Below, piece after piece: positions 46,644 through 52,648 of a stretch of 52,648 bases of DNA. Position 1 is the stretch's first letter; each line of letters opens with the position of its first letter. Origin of the DNA: Chlamydiia bacterium. Its GTDB lineage: Bacteria; Chlamydiota; Chlamydiia; Chlamydiales; JAAZZY01. A model generated the notes under the pieces. It saw only the letters and a program-made list of their open reading frames with translations. It made no database searches and was not told the DNA's origin. The position numbers and the translations under genes are program-made. The stretch lies in contig JAAZZY010000001.1 of NCBI GenBank assembly GCA_014239035.1, forward strand, positions 1-52,648, given 5' to 3'.

Positions 46644-48524
46644 ATGACAAGAAGATACATTTTCGGTTGCTTAATTTTGCTGACTTTGAATATTAGTTTT
46701 ATAAAAGGAGCTAATCTTGTGATGCCGTTCGATACGCTATCTTATGAAGATTCTGTCGACTCTAAAAGTAATCTATTGCAAGAAGATGTCTTTTATCAAG
46801 ATACCTTACCTCAGCTTTTAGGTGAGGGGTATACAGCTCTTGGAGAATATAAGACTGCTTTTTTTACTTGCCCCAGTAATTTCCATCCCCTCTCAAATGA
46901 TCCCTTAGTCAGCTCGTTATGGGAATTGTGTACAGGTAGCCTCTCTCAACTAAAAGTGGGACAATATGAAACAATGTCTCCAAGTTTAGCAAAGTCTATA
47001 ACTCAAGAAGTGCAAGGTAATCAGGTGCACTATCTTGTTACGATAGATGAAGATGCCTACTGGTGTGATATTGACCTAAAGCAAATGGGTTTTAAAGATG
47101 TAAACCAAGATCATTTTCAAAAGACCCCAGTTGTCTCTGCTGATTTTAAACTTTATGTAGATGCAATCAAAAACCCTTTTGTAGACTTACCTAAAGCTGT
47201 ATCTCTACGTGCATGCTACCAAAATTTGAAGGCTATTGAAATAATAGACTCAAAACATTTTAAGGTGATCTGGGAGTTTGAAGAAGATGTTCCATATAAT
47301 GCGAAATATTTAACCGGGCAGCTTAGGCCTATTGCTTCACATGTCTATGAATATTGGCCTAATGGGAAAAAAATTGTTTCTTCTAAATATCAAGATAACA
47401 GCAACTTTGCCTTTGCCAAACACTTTTGCAACCACTGGGCAAAAAATTTAATTGTCTCCTGTGGTCCATGGATGCTTCAGTCTTATGATCACACAAAAAT
47501 TGCTTTAGTGCGCAACAACGGATATCACCATCCCTATAGTGCCTTGATGGATAAGATGACCTTCATTTATAAGTCTTCTCCGATAAGTGCATGGCAAGCA
47601 TTCAAAAACAATGAGCTTACAAGCTGCTATTTAAGTCCTCTGCAGCTGCGAGATTTGGACTCTTATTTAACAAAAGAGAGCTCTCATGACACCAAAGTCA
47701 TAGAGTACTTTTCTAAAATCTATTATTTCGTGGGCTGGAATCAAAAAAGTCCTCTGTTTGAAAATGAAAAGGTAAGGAAAGCGTTAACGCTTGCAATAGA
47801 TCGCGATAAAATAATTGAGCACTTTTTGAAAGGAAGAGCTCAAAAACTGTCGGGTCCTTTCATGCCAAACTCATCATCATACGATAAAGATGTTACTCCG
47901 CTCACTTATGATCCCAAAGAAGCTATAAAACTTCTCGAAGAAGAAGGTTGGCATCAGAATAAACTTTTGGGTGTTAGAGAAAAAATGGAAGGCTCAAAAA
48001 GTTTGGCTCTTCGCTTCCATCTTTCGTATTTTCTTAATAATGAGCTAGCCTTATCCATTTGCCAATATATTTCAACTAGCCTCAAAGAAATTGGAGTAGA
48101 GTGCAAGCTCCAAGGGCTCGATTACACTGAATTCATGGATCGCTATAAAAATAAGAATTTTGATGCTCTATATATGGGTTGGGCATTATCTCCTCCTCCT
48201 GAAAATCCTTCTCAAAGTTGGCACTCAAAGCAAGCGGATAAAAAAGCCTCTTCTAATATAATTGGCTTTAAAGACGAAGAGGTAGATCGCCTTATAGATG
48301 CGCTTAGATGCTGTAGTGACCCAGAGATGAGGCAAAGCTTATATCACCAGATTCATGGGCGAATATCAAAGCTGCAGCCCTATACTTTTCTATATGTACC
48401 TAGTCAAATCTTTGTTTATAGAGATTCTCTAAAGAATGTCTGCATCCCGAAAGATAATCCGGAATTATTTTCTCAGGCAAACATTGAAGAGGTCTGCCCG
48501 AAAATTTTTTATATGAATAAATAG
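46644..48524 (+). CDS. ABC transporter substrate-binding protein, family 5 (Opp/Dpp-like peptide binding)
   Basis: 626 aa with a signal peptide. KVRKALTLAIDRDKIIEHFLKGRAQKLSGPF is characteristic of SBP family 5. Confidence 0.8.
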   Translation: MTRRYIFGCLILLTLNISFIKGANLVMPFDTLSYEDSVDSKSNLLQEDVFYQDTLPQLLGEGYTALGEYKTAFFTCPSNFHPLSNDPLVSSLWELCTGSLSQLKVGQYETMSPSLAKSITQEVQGNQVHYLVTIDEDAYWCDIDLKQMGFKDVNQDHFQKTPVVSADFKLYVDAIKNPFVDLPKAVSLRACYQNLKAIEIIDSKHFKVIWEFEEDVPYNAKYLTGQLRPIASHVYEYWPNGKKIVSSKYQDNSNFAFAKHFCNHWAKNLIVSCGPWMLQSYDHTKIALVRNNGYHHPYSALMDKMTFIYKSSPISAWQAFKNNELTSCYLSPLQLRDLDSYLTKESSHDTKVIEYFSKIYYFVGWNQKSPLFENEKVRKALTLAIDRDKIIEHFLKGRAQKLSGPFMPNSSSYDKDVTPLTYDPKEAIKLLEEEGWHQNKLLGVREKMEGSKSLALRFHLSYFLNNELALSICQYISTSLKEIGVECKLQGLDYTEFMDRYKNKNFDALYMGWALSPPPENPSQSWHSKQADKKASSNIIGFKDEEVDRLIDALRCCSDPEMRQSLYHQIHGRISKLQPYTFLYVPSQIFVYRDSLKNVCIPKDNPELFSQANIEEVCPKIFYMNK

Positions 48525-48596
48525 ATTTTCAGTGACAAATTCCCAGCATTTACGTTTACTCTTAGGAGATTGTTAACAACTCAAAGCTTTAAATAG

Positions 48597-49901
48597 ATGC
48601 CTCGAAATATCATTTGGCGAATCTCTTTTGTTCCTATAACAGCTCTTCTTATCTTAGTTGTAAACTTTTTCATTGTTCACACTATAAAAGATCCTTTAAA
48701 TTCAAGCTACCAAGCCTCCTTTAGTAAGATTGAAGAATCCTCTCATCTTGAGCATAGAGGCGACGATTACGAACAGCAGGGTTTACACCTTCCGATTGCA
48801 TTCAACACTTCTCCCTTTTTAAGTGATGAAAAAATTAAGGAGATGGTTAGGGTAAATGATCCTCATCTTCTGAAATGCCTACCCTATATCTACCCAAAGC
48901 TTGTTTCCTTAAGTAAAGAAGAACCAAGTGCTGCTCTCATAGAGCTGATCTTGATGGCAAAACTCTCATCAGAGGCAGCTAAATATTCTTTTGAAAAAGA
49001 TATTCTAGATGAGAGGGTTATCAGTGAGTGGGTTAAAATAGAGAGCTGGCTAAAGAGTCCTGGTGAAATTGATTTAACGGATCATATTTTTAATGCGGAG
49101 CCACTTACCCTTATCCAAAAAGTTCAGATTCTTTTTTGTGAAACACGGCTATATCGATATTTTAGTAAAGTACTTAGGTTAGACTTTGGCACATTGAGAG
49201 ATGACCCTAACCAGAAGGTGACTCATGTTGTGCTCAAGCGTCTTCGCAGCTCCATGCTTTTATTATCACTGCCGCTTCTAGTTACCTTTATCTTTTCCCA
49301 AGTCTTTGGCTTGATCATGGCACTTAAGCAGCGCAGCTCAGTAGATATGGTCTTAAGTGCTTTTTTTGTGACCCTCTATGCGATTCCCCTCTATATTATG
49401 ATTCCTCTTATTATTGAAAAAGTGGGTCTGCGTTTTCATTTGCCCATACATGGGCTGGGCTATAAAAATCTCTCTAACTTCATATTGCCTTTTTTTGCTC
49501 TGAGCTATGGAGCTCTAGCCATCTATTCAAGGATTCATAAAGCACTATATTTAAACTTACTCTCTCAAGAGCATTTAAAGTGTGTCAAAGCAAAGGGAAT
49601 AAGCCAATATAGGATTATTTTTGTGCATACGCTGCGCCAGGCTCTTTTGAGCAGCGTCCCTCTTTTTTTAGGCTCACTGAGCTTTTTCATGGGATCTTTG
49701 GTTATTGTTGAAACACTCTTTGAAATAGATGGCTTTGGAAGGCTTTTCTATCAGAGCATTTTAAGACATGATTATAATGTAATTCTTTTTAGTATTTTGG
49801 CAACTTCTGTCATTTCAATGGTGGGATATCTACTATCTGATTTGTTTTTATATCGATTTGACCCAAGGATCAGGCATCATGGTGACCAAAGAGTTTTTTA
49901 G
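48597..49901 (+). CDS. ABC transporter permease (OppB/DppB-like) with an enlarged extracytoplasmic loop
   Basis: 434 aa. TM1 is followed by a soluble insert of about 190 aa, then the BPD-transporter core with the EAA-like segment VKAKGISQYRIIFVHTLRQALLS. Confidence 0.8.
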   Translation: MPRNIIWRISFVPITALLILVVNFFIVHTIKDPLNSSYQASFSKIEESSHLEHRGDDYEQQGLHLPIAFNTSPFLSDEKIKEMVRVNDPHLLKCLPYIYPKLVSLSKEEPSAALIELILMAKLSSEAAKYSFEKDILDERVISEWVKIESWLKSPGEIDLTDHIFNAEPLTLIQKVQILFCETRLYRYFSKVLRLDFGTLRDDPNQKVTHVVLKRLRSSMLLLSLPLLVTFIFSQVFGLIMALKQRSSVDMVLSAFFVTLYAIPLYIMIPLIIEKVGLRFHLPIHGLGYKNLSNFILPFFALSYGALAIYSRIHKALYLNLLSQEHLKCVKAKGISQYRIIFVHTLRQALLSSVPLFLGSLSFFMGSLVIVETLFEIDGFGRLFYQSILRHDYNVILFSILATSVISMVGYLLSDLFLYRFDPRIRHHGDQRVF

Positions 49902-51057
49902 GCAGATATATAAGCATCGCGGTGCCAAATGCCTCATTTGGGGGCTTGCAATGCTTATCTTTTTAGGTATCTATGCCCCAGTTTTTGCCTCTTCGAAACC
50001 TTTTGTGGTTTGCTACCAAAACAGATGGTACTTCCCATTCTTTAAATATCTCTTCTACAATGAGCTCTACACAAAAAAAGTAGATATCTTCTACAACCTA
50101 TTAATGCTCACGCTTCCACTGCTAATACTGATCATTTCCTTTGTAAGAAAATATGTAAAGTCGATCTCTTTATTTTTTATTTTTATGCATCTTTTCTTCT
50201 TTTTCCACTTCACCCATAACTCTATAGAGAGTTTTTCTCTTACTTCAAATTCTTTAAAAAATGCTACTTCCTATTCAAAGCTAGAGAGTCATTTAAAAAA
50301 TGGGGACTTTGATGAGTTTAGCTTTTATCTAAAACCGATGGGTGTAGGATACCACTGGCAAGAAAATACTTTAGCTTCAGCGTCTACACTTGGTGCGGTG
50401 CGCATCAATGGCCAAAGCTTGTGGGCCGCCCTTTTTTTTGGCATTAGATATTCATTAACTATTGCTCTATGTGCAACGTTTATTGCTTTTACAATAGGCC
50501 TCACCTTAGGCTCGCTTGCAGGATATTTTGGTAGGGGAGTTGATTTGTTTATTGGGCGATGGATTGAAGTATGGGAGTCTATACCAGCTCTTTTTGTAAT
50601 TCTGTTAATGGTGTCAAAAGCAGAAGCTTCTTCTATGGGCTGGATGATTATAGCCCTGGCTCTTTTTAGCTGGACTTCCATAGCAAGAATTGTCAGGTTA
50701 GAAGTGCTCAAACAGAAAACACTTGCCTATGTAGATGTTTTGAAAGGCTTTGGCTATAAGCCCAAAGATATCCTGCTCAAACACATTCTTGTTCATTCAA
50801 CGACAACCTTAATTTCTCTTGTTCCTTTTGCCCTTGTTGGGGCGATTACTTATGAGGCGGCTCTTTCTTTTCTGGGCCTTGGGGATCGTCAAAATTGTTC
50901 TATTGGACTGCTCATCGATGAGGCGCGCATGCTTTATCCAATGCAGCCTGAGCTCTTTTGGCCGCCTGCCTTAGTTCTTATTATAATTTTAGTGAGTCTT
51001 GCTTGGCTTGGAGATTACTCAAAGAAGCTCTTGCAGCATTCAGATTCTGTTATATGA
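49858..51057 (+). CDS. ABC transporter permease (OppC/DppC-like)
   Basis: 399 aa with the EAA-like segment YVDVLKGFGYKPKDILLKHILVHS. The start may be ATG 49879. It overlaps the preceding permease gene. Confidence 0.8.
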   Translation: MTQGSGIMVTKEFFRQIYKHRGAKCLIWGLAMLIFLGIYAPVFASSKPFVVCYQNRWYFPFFKYLFYNELYTKKVDIFYNLLMLTLPLLILIISFVRKYVKSISLFFIFMHLFFFFHFTHNSIESFSLTSNSLKNATSYSKLESHLKNGDFDEFSFYLKPMGVGYHWQENTLASASTLGAVRINGQSLWAALFFGIRYSLTIALCATFIAFTIGLTLGSLAGYFGRGVDLFIGRWIEVWESIPALFVILLMVSKAEASSMGWMIIALALFSWTSIARIVRLEVLKQKTLAYVDVLKGFGYKPKDILLKHILVHSTTTLISLVPFALVGAITYEAALSFLGLGDRQNCSIGLLIDEARMLYPMQPELFWPPALVLIIILVSLAWLGDYSKKLLQHSDSVI

Positions 51058-52471
51058 AGATAGATTTTAAGATAAAGTAAGTAAAAATAGTAAAGATAGC
51101 TCCAGCTGGGATGGTCACAACCCAGGCAGCAGCAATATCTTTTAATACACCTATATTCAGAGCACTAATGCCTCGAGCAAGGCCCACTCCAAGCACTGCA
51201 CCAATAAGCGTGTGCGTGGTAGAAATAGGTAGGCCTAGTTTAGAGGCTAATAAAATTGTAGCAGCCGCACTAATTTCTGCAGCAAATCCTCGAGATGGGG
51301 TAAGGTCTGTAATCTTTCTCCCGACCGTTTCAATGACTCTCCAACCCCAAGTCATAAGACCCACAACAATTCCTGCACCGCCAAGAGCAAGCAGCCAAAG
51401 AGGCATCTGCGCTGTCACGGCAATTGTTTTATGTTTGAGGATTGAAATAATTGCAGCCATAGGACCGATAGCGTTGGCTACATCATTGGCTCCATGAGCA
51501 AAAGCAACAAAGCACGCACTGATGATCTGGAGGAATACAAATATTCTTTCAACTTCACTGTGTTGAATACTTGTTACTTGAAGGTTCATTTTCTTTTTAG
51601 CGTCGTGGGCCGCTAAAGAAAGTTTCTTAAGCATGCTGCTCACATCACTCTGAAGCTCCCCAATAGTCATAGTTTTGGCTCGCCGAAGATGCTTAATTGA
51701 TTTATTTAACCCTCGAAGAAGTTGGTAATCAACCTGCTGCTTTTCGACCTCATCTACTGTAGATACCCTGGCTCTTACTTTCAAAAATAATCCACTAAAT
51801 AACGCTGCAAGGACCCCTAAAATAATGGAAAGGCCAAGGGCTGGTAAGAACTTAAAATTTAAATGTAGAGTCTTTATACCCCCAGCAAAAAGCCCAAGCC
51901 CGAAGATTAAAAAGGCAAAGAAAACAAAAATAGGGGCTAGCTTTCGTATGGCCCGGACAGGGGTTGCGGAGTAAAAAATTCTACGTTGGATAATGGAGAA
52001 CACCAAGTAACTAATCGTGGCTCCAATGAGCGGAGATAAAATCCAGCTGAGGGCAATATAATAGATCTTTGACCAATAAATAGTCGCAGGTCCCGCAATC
52101 ACTAGGCCAAATCCAAAAAGCGCTCCTACAATGGAGTGGGTCGTTGAAACTGGCCAGCCGAAATAGGAGGCTATTTGAAGCCATATTCCTGTTCCCAAAA
52201 GGGCAGAGATCATTCCAAGGGCTAAGATAGTAGGATTAAAAGCAAAAGCAGAAAGATCTAAGATACCACTTTGAATAGTTTCAGATACTTCAGAGCCAAC
52301 TAAAAATGCTCCTGCAAATTCTAAAATAGCTGCTAAGATCACAGCTTTTTTTAAGGTGAGTGCCTTAGAGCCAACGGAGGTTCCCATGGCGTTTGCCACG
52401 TCATTGGCTCCAATGTTCCAAGTCATGTAGAACCCGAAAACTAAACTAAGGACGAGCAGTGTTGTATCCAT
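51050..52471 (-). CDS. pit: Inorganic phosphate transporter, PiT family
   Basis: 473 aa with duplicated GANDVANA signatures (N-terminal NIGANDVANAMGTSVGS, C-terminal HGANDVANAIGP) and a central cytoplasmic loop. Confidence 0.93.
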   Translation of the reverse strand: MDTTLLVLSLVFGFYMTWNIGANDVANAMGTSVGSKALTLKKAVILAAILEFAGAFLVGSEVSETIQSGILDLSAFAFNPTILALGMISALLGTGIWLQIASYFGWPVSTTHSIVGALFGFGLVIAGPATIYWSKIYYIALSWILSPLIGATISYLVFSIIQRRIFYSATPVRAIRKLAPIFVFFAFLIFGLGLFAGGIKTLHLNFKFLPALGLSIILGVLAALFSGLFLKVRARVSTVDEVEKQQVDYQLLRGLNKSIKHLRRAKTMTIGELQSDVSSMLKKLSLAAHDAKKKMNLQVTSIQHSEVERIFVFLQIISACFVAFAHGANDVANAIGPMAAIISILKHKTIAVTAQMPLWLLALGGAGIVVGLMTWGWRVIETVGRKITDLTPSRGFAAEISAAATILLASKLGLPISTTHTLIGAVLGVGLARGISALNIGVLKDIAAAWVVTIPAGAIFTIFTYFILKSIFI

Positions 52472-52481
52472 TTTAGTGCAA

Positions 52482-52648
52482 TTATCTTCTTTCTATCGTT
52501 ATTCGAATGCAATTTGCAAGCTTCTCAGAGAGGTCCGAAATTTTTGCAGTGCTTTCTAAGATTTTCATAAGTAGATGGAAAGAAGAATAGGAAAGTTCCT
52601 CTTCTAAGTTAAAAAGCTTTTTTAAAAGTTTACGTTGCTCTAAGTCAA
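52482..52648 (-). CDS. DUF47/PhoU-like PiT accessory protein (partial; N-terminus beyond the window end)
   Basis: The reverse frame is open from the window end to TAA 52482-52484. Hand translation gives ...DLEQRKLLKKLFNLEEELSYSSFHLLMKILESTAKISDLSEKLANCIRITIERR. It lies 10 nt upstream of pit, the usual DUF47-PiT pairing. Confidence 0.6.
   Translation of the reverse strand, partial: DLEQRKLLKKLFNLEEELSYSSFHLLMKILESTAKISDLSEKLANCIRITIERR

Noticed and set aside
1-52648. Search for CRISPR arrays, IS elements, transposases, integrases, prophage genes, toxin-antitoxin pairs or known defence systems
   Set aside because: I saw no spaced direct-repeat arrays, no recombinase or transposase-like ORFs, and no recognisable defence-gene signatures on either strand.

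Overview
AT-rich (about mid-30s % GC by eye, not computed), very gene-dense window: about 50 CDS, 3 tRNAs, and several stop codons that abut or overlap. I saw no rRNA, CRISPR array, transposase or integrase. The RpoB, RpoC and IF-2 sequences look chlamydial (recognised from memory, not searched), and the accessory genes fit an environmental or amoeba-associated Chlamydiae-like (PVC) intracellular bacterium.

Layout:
- 1-12.9 kb, minus strand: the conserved infA / tRNA-Thr-tuf-tRNA-Trp-secE-nusG-rplKAJL-rpoBC block.
- 13-34 kb: mixed transport, metabolic and accessory genes. These include a ClC channel, SufE, a TyrP-type permease, a thioesterase, methyltransferases, a MYG1-HIT-isochorismatase-HEAT operon, a DUF1207-like outer membrane protein, MFS transporters, tRNA-Met(CAT), pncB-pncA NAD salvage and a GGCT-like enzyme.
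- 34-38.5 kb, plus strand: infB-rbfA-truB-ribF.
- 38.5-52.6 kb: an FA2H-like lipid hydroxylase, a GH15 glucoamylase, a PATR-repeat autotransporter, an MFS transporter, an Opp/Dpp-like binding protein plus two permeases with no ATPase genes, and a PiT phosphate transporter with its DUF47 partner (partial).

Most noteworthy:
1. A membrane-anchored RING-H2-like protein with an Inc-like bilobed hydrophobic tail and an internal 36-bp tandem repeat.
2. An autotransporter cut by one in-frame TAG, which leaves 103 sense codons of its beta-barrel stranded downstream.
3. An infB N-terminal domain of 208 in-frame codons with no ATG/GTG/TTG start and no nusA upstream.
4. A Cys-rich VKOR-like membrane protein that appears translationally coupled to an SDR oxidoreductase.
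5. A C8 homopolymer at codons 3-5 of a transporter gene.
6. Tandem paralogous secreted coiled-coil proteins fused to the pncB-pncA operon.

I did not recognise any known defence or mobile system. All functional calls rest on motifs and remembered family signatures and need a database check.
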